Below, piece by piece: positions 51,892 to 61,066 of a DNA stretch of 64,000 bases. A program made the translations under genes and the position numbers. The notes under the pieces were generated by a model. The model did no database searches, had not been told where the DNA came from, and saw only the letters and a list, made by a program, of their open reading frames with translations. Source of the stretch: Candidatus Eiseniibacteriota bacterium (GTDB lineage Bacteria > Eisenbacteria > RBG-16-71-46 > CAVPCR01); contig CAVPCR010000002.1 in NCBI GenBank assembly GCA_963702435.1, positions 320,001 through 384,000 of the forward strand. Reading direction: 5' to 3'. Positions within the stretch are counted from its first letter, which is position 1; every line of letters begins with the position of its first letter.

Positions 51892-52440
51892 TCAGAAGGG
51901 CCCGTGGCCGAGGAGACAGAGCCAGGTGCCGGCGCCGATCGCCACTCCATAGGGAATGGTGCCGAGGGCACCACGAGCTGGAGGAGCGGACTCGACGGAG
52001 GCGGGGGTCTGCCGGGAACGGATGCCGAGGACGGAGAGCGCCCGCCGGAGCGCCGCGTGCGCGACTCTCTTGTGAAGCGCCACGCCAAGCGCGATGACTC
52101 CGCCGGCGACCGCCGAGACGAGCGCGATCTCGAGAATCGACGCCGGGCCGACCAGCGTCCCGAGCGCCGCCATCAGCTTGAGATCGCCCCCGCCCATCCC
52201 GCCGAGAATGCAGGGAAGAAGGAGGAGCCCGAGACCGACCACGAGACCGGCGAGCGACCAGGCGAGACCCGCCTCCCGCTCCAACGCGAGATGACCGGCC
52301 AGCCCGAGGGCCATGCCGGTCACCGTGAGCAGATTGGGAATCCGCCGTGAGGCGAGATCCCAACCTGCCGCGATGAGCGAGAGCGCGAGGGCGCCCAGCA
52401 AGAGTGGACCGGCCGGTAGCGTGGCCGTCGCGTTGAACAA
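51892..52440 (-). CDS. cpaA: A24 prepilin peptidase CpaA/TadV
   Basis: WDLASRRIPN, GMGGGDLKLMAALG, IPYGVAI. Confidence 0.92.
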   Translation of the reverse strand: MFNATATLPAGPLLLGALALSLIAAGWDLASRRIPNLLTVTGMALGLAGHLALEREAGLAWSLAGLVVGLGLLLLPCILGGMGGGDLKLMAALGTLVGPASILEIALVSAVAGGVIALGVALHKRVAHAALRRALSVLGIRSRQTPASVESAPPARGALGTIPYGVAIGAGTWLCLLGHGPF

Positions 52441-52477
52441 GGTCGGTCCCAGGCTCCGGTATCGAGCGAGGCGTCCA

Positions 52478-52498
52478 GGTGGCTAGCGACTAGCCACC
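52478..52498 (-). other. Perfect 9-bp RNA hairpin overlapping the flp stop codon
   Basis: GGTGGCTAG-CGA-CTAGCCACC. Confidence 0.65.
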
Positions 52499-52657
52499 CA
52501 GAGCGGCCTGCACGTCATTGTAGATCCCCAGGACCAGCGGGCCGATCGCCTGCAGAGCCACGATCGCCACGATCGAGATGAAAGCCGCGATGAGCGCGTA
52601 CTCGATCATGTCGTTACCTTCCTCGCGACGAAGCAGAGAGGTCATCTTGCGAAGCAT
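52490..52657 (-). CDS. flp: Flp family type IVb pilin (55 aa)
   Basis: Not in the ORF track. MLRKMTSLLRREEG/NDMIEYALIAAFISIVAIVAL...; G-x4-EY motif; GGAGGT RBS. Confidence 0.93.
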   Translation of the reverse strand: MLRKMTSLLRREEGNDMIEYALIAAFISIVAIVALQAIGPLVLGIYNDVQAALGG

Positions 52658-53314
52658 TGCTTTACCTCCGGGAGAGGAGACAGCGGTTCTAGTGCTGCCG
52701 GTTCATGGTGCTCAGTGCGACCCCTTCCGGGACACACCGTGATCGCAGATGTCGCTCGGTCGGCGGACTGCCGCGAGAGTCTCGGCGGTTGCTCCGGTCT
52801 CCTGGTTCCGTGCGCTCTCTCCTCTCGCGAGGAGCCTCGCTGCGGAGGTCCCGGTCGCCGGCGCTGTCCCGATCGACAAGCTCAACAGTAGCTGCTCTGC
52901 TGCCGAGCGCTCAAGTAGTTTTCGGCGTGTAGCAGCATGTTTTCGCGCTCCGTGATCGGATTGTCTCGGAATGTGTCTCACGCTCCAACATGCGGGTGAC
53001 TCCACCCGATCCAGTTTCGACATGAATGCATCGCACATGAACACGCCCACCGTGCGCCGCACGATCGTGCAGACTGCAACGATCACGAGGCGCCGGCGGA
53101 CGCGACATGGGACAGTGCGAGACACGTCGACCCTGGAGGACGCGGAGGTGCGTTCCCGCTCACGCCCTCCCCGGAGGCCGGCCTGCGAAATCGAGCCGCC
53201 CGGCCCTCATCCCCATCCATCGAACGGCAGGCATGCGACCCTGAGGCGAAACCGGGTTCGCGCCCGCAACCAGGGCGGAGCGGGCGGCCGGCTGATAGGA
53301 CGGGATGGGGTATG

Positions 53315-53359
53315 AAAAGGCCGGGGCGCGGGCCGGAGATCCGGCGCCGCGCCCCGGCC
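53315..53359 (-). terminator. Intrinsic terminator of the cytochrome gene
   Basis: GGCCGGGGCGCGG...CCGCGCCCCGGCC stem followed by TTTT on the minus strand. Confidence 0.75.
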
Positions 53360-53385
53360 GGGAGGCGCTTTCTGCCCTTACTCCA

Positions 53386-56148
53386 CTACTTTATGAGCAC
53401 GAGACGCTCGTTCGCGTGCCGCCCGCCGCTCTCGATACGGAGGAAGTAGAGACCCGAGGCGACCGCCTGGCCCGAGTCGTCCCGTCCATCCCAGGGGATC
53501 CGGTGGACGCCCGCGGGCGCCATCTCGCCGCCGAGGAGCGTGCGCACCCGCCGCCCGCCCACGTCGTAGACGGCAAGATCCACGGCGCCGCGCTCGGACA
53601 ACCGGTAGACGAGCGTCCCCGCCCCGCGGAACGGATGCGGCGACGGCCGGTCGAGCCCGAAGACGACCGGAGGCGCTCCCGCGCCGCCGACCGCGGTCGG
53701 ATCGATGTCCACGATCGCGGTCGCCATCGCCACCGGTGCCGCTCGCCCGTTCCCGGTCCACGCGCTGTGCATGGTGTTCCCCGCCTGATTGGTCGTGTTC
53801 TCGTCGCGGAGGAACTCGACGTACTCCTTCGAGGTCGTCTGGTAGTAGAGCGTGACCTCGAGCCGATCGCTCGTCGCCGGCAGGTCGTAGTGCGCCTCGT
53901 CCCAGTGCTGCCCGTCGTCATAGCGCGGCTCGGGGCCCGGCCAGTCGGGATCCACCGGGGTCGCCTGCACGAGCGCGAACCCGGCGTTGGTGAAGCCGCG
54001 CGGCGGGATCCGGTTGTCCTTGTAGATCGAATCGTTCAGCACGAAGTGGAAGGACGGCCCGGCGGTGAGTCCGAGCGCCCCCGCGAGCGCCGGACTGATC
54101 CCGAGCTCCGCCTCGTAGAGGCGGAGGTCCTCGTCGTGGGCGAGGACGCCGGTGGCCGCGTCGTACGCGCCCGACTCGTAGACGAGCGCGTTCGCCGCGT
54201 CGAAGGCGCGCACGTTGATCCACATGCGCCGCCCCTCCGGATACCCGGTCGGGAGCTTGTGCCCGCTCTCGTTGGTGACCGTCACCGCGGCCACCGGCAC
54301 GCCGCCCTGCCAGGCGATCTGGACGCCGAGGCTCGCGGCGTTCTCGAGCATGTAGAGAGCGCGCGCGGCGGCGGCCGCGAGCGCCTGCGGGTCCACCTCC
54401 CCCGCGTAGAGGTCGGGGATGACCTGGGCCATCCAGGTGTTGCCGCCGGTCATGTCGTGGAGGGGGAGGTCCGGGCGGATAGGCACGCCCGCCGGCTGGC
54501 CGGCGCCGGCGCCGACCACGTCGCGGAGATGGCAATCCTGGCAGGTCGCGACCATGCCGTCGGGCTTCGCCCCGGCGAACTGGGGCGCGTACACGCCGCC
54601 CGGCGTGTTGTACTCGCTCATGAGCCACTCGCCGTAGGTGCGTTCGACGGGGAACTGCTCGTACGGGTCGAAGCTCGGCGCCGGCGCGTCGAAGTCGTTC
54701 GGCGCATAACGGCCGTCGGGCTGCTTCGAGAACGCCGGGTTCGACACGTTGTGACAGGTGCCGCAAAGGCCCGCCTCGCGATGGAAGGGCGAGGGGATGA
54801 CGCCGTGGTTCGCCTGGAAGGGATCGGTGAACGGCCCACGCTTGGCGCTGGTCGGATCGATCACCGTCATGCCGCTCGCCATATCGGGCGGAATCTGGCC
54901 GAGCGCGGCGAGGATCGCCTGGTCCTCGGGCGGGCTCACACCCGGCGCGTAGATCGGATCCACCATGCCGTGACAGACGTCGCAGTTGACGCCCTCGCGG
55001 TCGCCGGCCACGAGCTGGCTCCCGCTGGGCGGCGTCGAGCGACCGCCGAGCCAGCCCGTCTGCGTGTGGCAGCGCAGGCAGAGGTCGCCCGAGTCGCGCG
55101 CGTCCTGATTGGCGACGGCCAGCGCGGCGTAGAACAGCGGATCGCGGGCCGCCTGCGCCATGAGCGATCCCTTCCAGTTCCACACGGGCTCGACCGCCTG
55201 ATCGTAGTTGCCGTGGCACTGGATGCAGTCGGTGACGGACTGAATATCGCCGCCGCCGAGGGGCTGGGTGCCCGGGAGATCGAAGTCGCGGAGCGTGGTC
55301 GGCACGCGCCCGGTCTGGGGAGCCGTGATCGTGAAGGAGGCGTTGCTCAGGTCCTGGCCCCGGTTATTGCTCGGGTCCCACGCCTCGACGCGCACGCGGC
55401 TGGCCCCGCCCGGATAGTCCTGGACGAACCACACGAACGACCCGTCGTTCGGCGTGGCCAGGGCCAGCGGCTTGAACGTGGCCCCGCCGTCGGTCGAGAG
55501 CGCGATGTCCACGCGGGCGACACCGTTGGCATCGGTCGCCGTCCAGCGCACCTCGAAGGGCCCGTGCGCCGTCAGGTTTTCGCCCCCGTTCGGCGCGAGC
55601 ACGGTCACCACGGGCGGCGTCGTGTCGCTGCCGGGGATCGGCGTCAGGTAGCCGCTGATGTCGCTCAGGGTGACCTGGCTCACCTGACCCACGTTCGTCT
55701 GGGTGAGCCCCGGAAAGGTGGGGGTGTTCAGGTAGTTGGCGAGATCGGTGATCTCGACGGCGTTCGTGTAGGCGTCGCCGTCGGAGTCCTGCCCGGTGAT
55801 CGAGAGGACGGCGTCGCGGCGGCCCTGCGGCGTGCTGGGGTAGCTCGGAAAGCGCGCCCCGACCGCGGCGCCGTAGGGGTTCCGCGGTCCGCCGCCGTTG
55901 AAGCGCCAGTGACAGACCCCGCAGTGCCCCTGATTCGAGGGCACGTTGTCCAGGCGGCTGCCCACGGCCGAGGGATAGGCGAGGAAGAAGCCCTCTCGAT
56001 ACTCCGGCCTGGCGCTCGCGGGAGCGGTCGCGCCGAGGAGAAGGACAGCAGCCAGCAGCGCGACGAGGAGGGCGAAACCGAACGCAGGCCGGCGGGCGGC
56101 CGCCGGATGATGCGCCCGGGTCGCGCGCGGGCGAGGGATCGAGACCAT
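53386..56148 (-). CDS. Secreted multiheme c-type cytochrome (6 CxxCH) with an Ig-like domain and an FlgD-Ig/T9SS-like C-terminal domain
   Basis: CGVCH, CIQCH, CLRCH, CDVCH, CGTCH, CQDCH; NESGHKLPTGYPEGRRMW; C-terminus WDGRDDSGQAVASGLYF...ERLVLIK; GGAGGT RBS. Confidence 0.9.
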   Translation of the reverse strand: MVSIPRPRATRAHHPAAARRPAFGFALLVALLAAVLLLGATAPASARPEYREGFFLAYPSAVGSRLDNVPSNQGHCGVCHWRFNGGGPRNPYGAAVGARFPSYPSTPQGRRDAVLSITGQDSDGDAYTNAVEITDLANYLNTPTFPGLTQTNVGQVSQVTLSDISGYLTPIPGSDTTPPVVTVLAPNGGENLTAHGPFEVRWTATDANGVARVDIALSTDGGATFKPLALATPNDGSFVWFVQDYPGGASRVRVEAWDPSNNRGQDLSNASFTITAPQTGRVPTTLRDFDLPGTQPLGGGDIQSVTDCIQCHGNYDQAVEPVWNWKGSLMAQAARDPLFYAALAVANQDARDSGDLCLRCHTQTGWLGGRSTPPSGSQLVAGDREGVNCDVCHGMVDPIYAPGVSPPEDQAILAALGQIPPDMASGMTVIDPTSAKRGPFTDPFQANHGVIPSPFHREAGLCGTCHNVSNPAFSKQPDGRYAPNDFDAPAPSFDPYEQFPVERTYGEWLMSEYNTPGGVYAPQFAGAKPDGMVATCQDCHLRDVVGAGAGQPAGVPIRPDLPLHDMTGGNTWMAQVIPDLYAGEVDPQALAAAAARALYMLENAASLGVQIAWQGGVPVAAVTVTNESGHKLPTGYPEGRRMWINVRAFDAANALVYESGAYDAATGVLAHDEDLRLYEAELGISPALAGALGLTAGPSFHFVLNDSIYKDNRIPPRGFTNAGFALVQATPVDPDWPGPEPRYDDGQHWDEAHYDLPATSDRLEVTLYYQTTSKEYVEFLRDENTTNQAGNTMHSAWTGNGRAAPVAMATAIVDIDPTAVGGAGAPPVVFGLDRPSPHPFRGAGTLVYRLSERGAVDLAVYDVGGRRVRTLLGGEMAPAGVHRIPWDGRDDSGQAVASGLYFLRIESGGRHANERLVLIK

Positions 56149-56729
56149 CACGCACCTCCGCTGGCTGGATTGTGCGCCGCCCACGGCCCGGAATGGCCGG
56201 CCACGAGCAGCCTGGGGGGGCGACCGTGTCCAGAGGGTGGCGCATGATGCATGCCATGGCATCGGCCGCGGGCGACGAGGCCATCTCCCGGTCAGAAGGC
56301 AGGTTGTGACCCAATTGGCGAACCCGGTCCCCACCGCTCTCGACACCGAGTCCATCGCCGGGCACAGGAGAGGACATCCCGTCACCGGCGCCGGAACCGG
56401 CCGGTCGCTCGGGACTCGCGCCGCCCGCTCCGGCACACGCGCCGTCGTCCCACCGTGCGGAGGCGCACCGCAAGAGCCGGCGAGCTGATATGCTCGGCCT
56501 TCGCGGTCACTTTCCGCGCGGTGACGGGTCCGCGCGGCGGCGGTGACCGGCGGGCGAGCCGGCCGGTGGGGTGGATGTGCGGTGAGTCGGCCTCTGCATA
56601 TCGTCGCGCTCTCCCCTGCTGCCCCTGCCCGGCGGTCACCCGCGCCCTGAGCTGAGTGGTACGCTCGCCGGGCGCGCCCGCGATGACGATCTGAACGACG
56701 GTGCGGAGAGCAAGGAGGAGGATCGGGTC

Positions 56730-57863
56730 ATGGACTTCGGCGTGCCTGTCGAACGCCACCGGACCGAGCATCGAGTGGGTCTCACACCCCGCGGCGTGCG
56801 CAACCTCGTCGACCTCGGCCATCGCGTCTTCGTCGAGACCGGAGCCGGCGATGCGAGCCGTTTCCCCGACACCACCTATGGCGAAGCGGGCGCTGAGATC
56901 GTCTTTCGCCGCGAGGAGGTCTTCGGCCGCGCCTCGGTGATCCTCTGCGTGACGGCGCCCACCATGGACGAGGTGGTGCTGACGAACGGCGAGCAAACGG
57001 TCGCCGCCTTCTGGCACATGGCGGTGGCGCCCCGCGCCGTCGTCGCCGAGATGGCGAAGCGCCGGCTCAGCGCCGTCGGCTACGAGTTGATCGCGGACGA
57101 GGACGGCCGCCGGCCGGTGCTCGAGGCGATGAGCGAGCTCGCCGGGCAGATGGCGATCCACAACGCGGCCCACCTCCTGCAACGGGAGAGCGGCGGCCGC
57201 GGCATCCTGCTCGGCGCCTCCCCCGGCCAGCCTCCGGCCACCGTGCTCATCCTCGGGGCCGGCACCGCCGGCCGGGCCGCCGCCGAGACCGCGATCGGCA
57301 TCGGCGCGCACGTCATCGTCCTCGACAAGAATCTCGACAAGCTGCGCTACCTGCGCACCGCGGTCGGCGGCCGGGTCGTGACCTCGACGCCCGACCGGGA
57401 GACCATCGCCCAGTTCCTGAAGATTGCCGACGTTGCGATCGGCGCCATCCTCGTGATCGGCGAGCCGGCACCCTACCTGGTCACCAGGGACATGGTGCAG
57501 ACCATGCGCCCCGGCTCGGTGATCCTCGACCTCTCCATCGACCAGGGGGGATGCTTCGAGACCAGCCGGCCGACGACGATCGACGATCCGACCTACGTCC
57601 ATGCCGGCGTCGTCCACTACTGCGTGCCCAACATGACGGCCGACATTCCGCGGACCGCGAGCAAGGCGCTCACGCTCGCCCACATGCCCTACCTCGAGCT
57701 GATCGCCCAGTACGGGATCGAAGCGGCGATTCGTCTCGATCCGGCGCTCGCGCGCGGCACGACCATGTATCGAGGTACGACCACCAACGAAGACATCGCC
57801 TCGGTGTTCGGACTCGATTACCGCCCGATAGAATCGCTCGTGGGTGGGGAGGTGCGGTCCTAG
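56730..57863 (+). CDS. Alanine dehydrogenase-like protein (AlaDH/PNT family)
   Basis: EHRVGLTP, VFVETGAG, MSELAG, ILGAGTAG, DLSIDQGGCFETSRPTT, HYCVPNM; the canonical KVKEP motif is altered. Confidence 0.85.
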   Translation: MDFGVPVERHRTEHRVGLTPRGVRNLVDLGHRVFVETGAGDASRFPDTTYGEAGAEIVFRREEVFGRASVILCVTAPTMDEVVLTNGEQTVAAFWHMAVAPRAVVAEMAKRRLSAVGYELIADEDGRRPVLEAMSELAGQMAIHNAAHLLQRESGGRGILLGASPGQPPATVLILGAGTAGRAAAETAIGIGAHVIVLDKNLDKLRYLRTAVGGRVVTSTPDRETIAQFLKIADVAIGAILVIGEPAPYLVTRDMVQTMRPGSVILDLSIDQGGCFETSRPTTIDDPTYVHAGVVHYCVPNMTADIPRTASKALTLAHMPYLELIAQYGIEAAIRLDPALARGTTMYRGTTTNEDIASVFGLDYRPIESLVGGEVRS

Positions 57864-59161
57864 ATGTCCTGGTTCGACAGTTACAAGGCCAAGCTCACCA
57901 CGGCGGAACAGGCGGTCGCCGCCGTCCGGAGCGGCCACCGGATCTACTACAGCGGCAATGCGGCCACCCCGTTCCCCCTGATCGACGCCCTGACCGAGCG
58001 GGACGGCGACCTCCGGAACGTCCAGCTCAATCACGTGCTTCTGATCGGGGAGGATCCGGTCAAGCCCGAGCACGAGGGCAAGTTCCGGCACAACAGCCTG
58101 TTCGTTGGGCCGGCCGATCGCGCCGCCATCAACGACGGCCGCGCCGATTACGTGCCCGTCTTCCTGCACCAGATCCCGCGGCTCTTCCGCGACGGCATCA
58201 TTCCGCTCGATGTCGCCATCATCCAGGTCTCCCCTCCCGACGAGCACGGGTTCTGCAGCTTCGGGGTCGAGATCCTGGCCACCAAGGCGGCCACCGAGTG
58301 CGCGCGCATCGTCATCGCCCAGGTCAACGAGAACATGCCGCGGGTGCTCGGCGACTCCTTCATCCACGTGTCGCAGATGACCCATATCGTCGAGCGCACC
58401 CATCCCCTGCCCGAGCTCCCGCGCCGCGAGATCACGGAGGTCGAGCGCCAGATCGCCCAGCACATCACCCCGCTCGTCCCCGACGGAGCGACGCTCCAGC
58501 TCGGGATCGGCGGCATCCCCGACGCCGTGCTCAAGGAGCTGGCCGGCAAGAAGGACCTCGGCATCCACACCGAGATGGTCTCCGACGGGGTCATGGAGGC
58601 CGATGGAAAAGGGCATCATCACCGGCCGCAAGAAGTCGGTGCACATGGGCAAGGCGGTCCTCACCTTCGCCTTCGGCTGCGCACCGGCTGTACGAGTACC
58701 TGCACAACAATCCGATGTTCGAGGGCCACCCCGTCGAGTACGTGAACAACCCGTTTGCAGTCAGTCAAAACGAGAACATCGTCGCCATCAACTCGGCGAT
58801 CGAGGTGGACCTGACCGGCCAGGTCTGCTCGGACTCGATCGGCCCCCGGATCTTCTCGGGGTTCGGCGGGCAGGTGGACTTCATCCGCGGCGCCGCCCAG
58901 TCGAAGGGCGGCCGCCCGATCATCGCCCTTTCCTCGACCGCTCAGGACGGCAAGATCTCGCGTATCGTCAACTTCCTGAAGGAGGGCGCCGGTGTCGTGA
59001 CGACGCGCGCCGACGTACACTACGTCGTCACCGAGTTCGGCGTCGCGCACCTCTTCGGGCGGAACCTGCGCGAGCGGGCCGAGGCGCTGATCCAGATCGC
59101 GCATCCGAGCTTCCGCGAGGAGCTCAGCTTTGCCGCCAAGAAGCGGAAGCTCCTCCCCTAG
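57864..59161 (+). CDS. 4-hydroxybutyrate CoA-transferase / acetyl-CoA hydrolase family, with two apparent frameshifts (about 58600 and 58680)
   Basis: VSPPDEHGFCSFG, TLQLGIGGIP, LGIHTEM; then AINSAIEVDLTGQV, SGFGGQVDFIRGA, VVTEFG in shifted frames. Confidence 0.88.
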
Positions 59162-59177
59162 CGGAACGCCGCCGGCG

Positions 59178-59591
59178 ATGAAGCTCTACACGGCGACGAT
59201 CGAGGTCGCGACCACGGCGCCCGCGGAGCTGGTCGACCTGACCGCCGCCGTCCGCGCCGAGGTGGCGCGCGCCGGCGTCGTCACCGGAACCTGCGCCCTC
59301 TTCGCGCACGGCGCCACCGCCGCGCTCATGGTGCAGGAGAACGACGACCCGGCGATCGCGCTCGACGTGATCGACTGCCTCGCGCGCCTGGTGCCGGCGG
59401 GTGCTTGGCGTCACGACCGCGTGGATGACAACGGGGCCGCGCACCTCAAGGCGGGGATCGTCGGACCGAGCGAGACCATCCCGATCCGCGGCGGCGAGCT
59501 CGCGCTCTCCACCTGGCAGAACATCTTCCTCTGCGACTTCGACGGCCCGCGCCGCGCGCGGCGCGTCCTCGTCACGATCACGGGCGAGTAG
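59178..59591 (+). CDS. yjbQ: YjbQ / UPF0047 family protein
   Basis: HGATAALMVQENDDP, DNGAAHLKA, LSTWQNIFLCDFDGPR. Confidence 0.9.
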   Translation: MKLYTATIEVATTAPAELVDLTAAVRAEVARAGVVTGTCALFAHGATAALMVQENDDPAIALDVIDCLARLVPAGAWRHDRVDDNGAAHLKAGIVGPSETIPIRGGELALSTWQNIFLCDFDGPRRARRVLVTITGE

Positions 59592-59671
59592 GCGGCCGTG
59601 GCGCCCGCTGCGCCCGGTGCCGGCCACGCCGGCGGCCCTCGCCGCGCCGGCAGCCCCGCTCCGCCGGCGGC

Positions 59672-60883
59672 CTAACCGGCCGGCGTCAGCGTCACCGTGA
59701 GTTCCTCCCGCCTTTCGCCGCGCTGGACCTCGACGCGCACGCGATCGCCGGGCTTCTTCTTCTCGAGGAGGAGGATCAGGTCGTTCCCGTCCGCGACCGG
59801 CTCGCCGTCGATGGCGACGATGATGTCGCCGAGGACGACCCGCCCGCTCTCGTCGCGCCGCGTCGGGCGGATGCCGGCCCGGTCGGCCCCGGTTCCGGCG
59901 ACGACCTCGATGACGAGCGCCCCCTTGATGCCGAGGCGTTCGGACACCTGCTGGGTCGAGAGATGCACGCCGAGCGCCGCCCGGGTCACCTTGCCGTGCG
60001 CGATCAGCTCCGGAACCACCCACTTGACGACGTCCACCGGGATGGCGAAGCCGATCCCGGCCGAACCGCCCGAGGGGCTGTAGATCGCCGTGTTGACGCC
60101 GATCAGTCGCCCCGCGCTGTCGAGGAGCGGGCCGCCCGAGTTGCCGGGATTGATGGCGGCGTCGGTCTGGATCACGTCCCGGATCGGGATCCGCGTCACC
60201 GACTCGATCTCGCGGCCGAGAGCGCTGATGATGCCGATCGTGAGGGTCTGATCGAGGCCGAACGGATTGCCGATGGCGAGCACCTTCTGTCCGACCAGGA
60301 GATCGTGCGAGCTGCCCGTGCGGAGCGCGGGCAGCTTCTCCCGCGGCGCATCGATGCGGAGGACGGCGAGGTCCTTGTCCGGGGCGGTGCCGACCAGGCG
60401 CGCCTCCCACGCCGAGTTGTCGGAGAGCGTCACCTGCGCACGATCGGCCCCGCGAATCACATGGAAGTTGGTGACGATGTGCCCCTGCTCGTCCCACACG
60501 AACCCGGAGCCGGTGCCCTGCGGGATCTCCATCACGTTCATGTTGAACATGTCGCGGCGGACCGCGATCGACGTGATGTAGACGACGGCCGGCGACGCCT
60601 CCCGGAAGAGATCGATGTTCGCGCGCTCCTCTACGGTGAGGCCGGCGGCAGGGGCGGACTCGCGCTCGGCGGCCGGCGCGCCGGAGGCCCCGCCCGCCGG
60701 CTCCTCGGCACCGGCAGCCGCGGCCAGCTCGCGCGCGGCGGTCTCCGTGGCCGCCGCGTCCGGGCGCGCTGCCCCCTCGCGCTCGGCGGCGAACGGCTGC
60801 CAGAGGGCGCCGGCGAGAAGTCCGGCCAGGAAGAGGACGAACGATGAGAGGCGGATGAGACCGGATCGGCGTTCACGCATCAT
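59672..60883 (-). CDS. HtrA/Deg-family serine protease with one PDZ domain
   Basis: GTGSGFVWD, VTNFHV, DLAVL, IQTDAAINPGNSGGPLLD. Confidence 0.92.
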   Translation of the reverse strand: MMRERRSGLIRLSSFVLFLAGLLAGALWQPFAAEREGAARPDAAATETAARELAAAAGAEEPAGGASGAPAAERESAPAAGLTVEERANIDLFREASPAVVYITSIAVRRDMFNMNVMEIPQGTGSGFVWDEQGHIVTNFHVIRGADRAQVTLSDNSAWEARLVGTAPDKDLAVLRIDAPREKLPALRTGSSHDLLVGQKVLAIGNPFGLDQTLTIGIISALGREIESVTRIPIRDVIQTDAAINPGNSGGPLLDSAGRLIGVNTAIYSPSGGSAGIGFAIPVDVVKWVVPELIAHGKVTRAALGVHLSTQQVSERLGIKGALVIEVVAGTGADRAGIRPTRRDESGRVVLGDIIVAIDGEPVADGNDLILLLEKKKPGDRVRVEVQRGERREELTVTLTPAG

Positions 60884-61066
60884 GACCTGTATCCTCCGAG
60901 CGGCCGATCCTAGCACGGACGCCGCAGACCGCGGCGGCACCCCGCGACGGCCTCGTGTATAGTCCCGCGGCAACCCCGACGCGAGATGGTTCACCCGCGG
61001 GCCCGCGGTGCGAAGGCGCGCCCCGTCCGCCCGAGCACCGACGCCCCCGGCACGAGCCCCTGGTCG

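Noticed and set aside
44354..53300. tad operon as a mobile island
   Set aside because: It looks somewhat less GC-extreme by eye, but there is no integrase, transposase, tRNA or flanking direct repeat.
58595..58690. Two frameshifts in the CoA-transferase as programmed frameshifting or a pseudogene
   Set aside because: No slippery sequence or homopolymer is visible, and the single extra bases resemble those in the sigma-54 activator. Consensus error is more likely; reads are needed to settle it.
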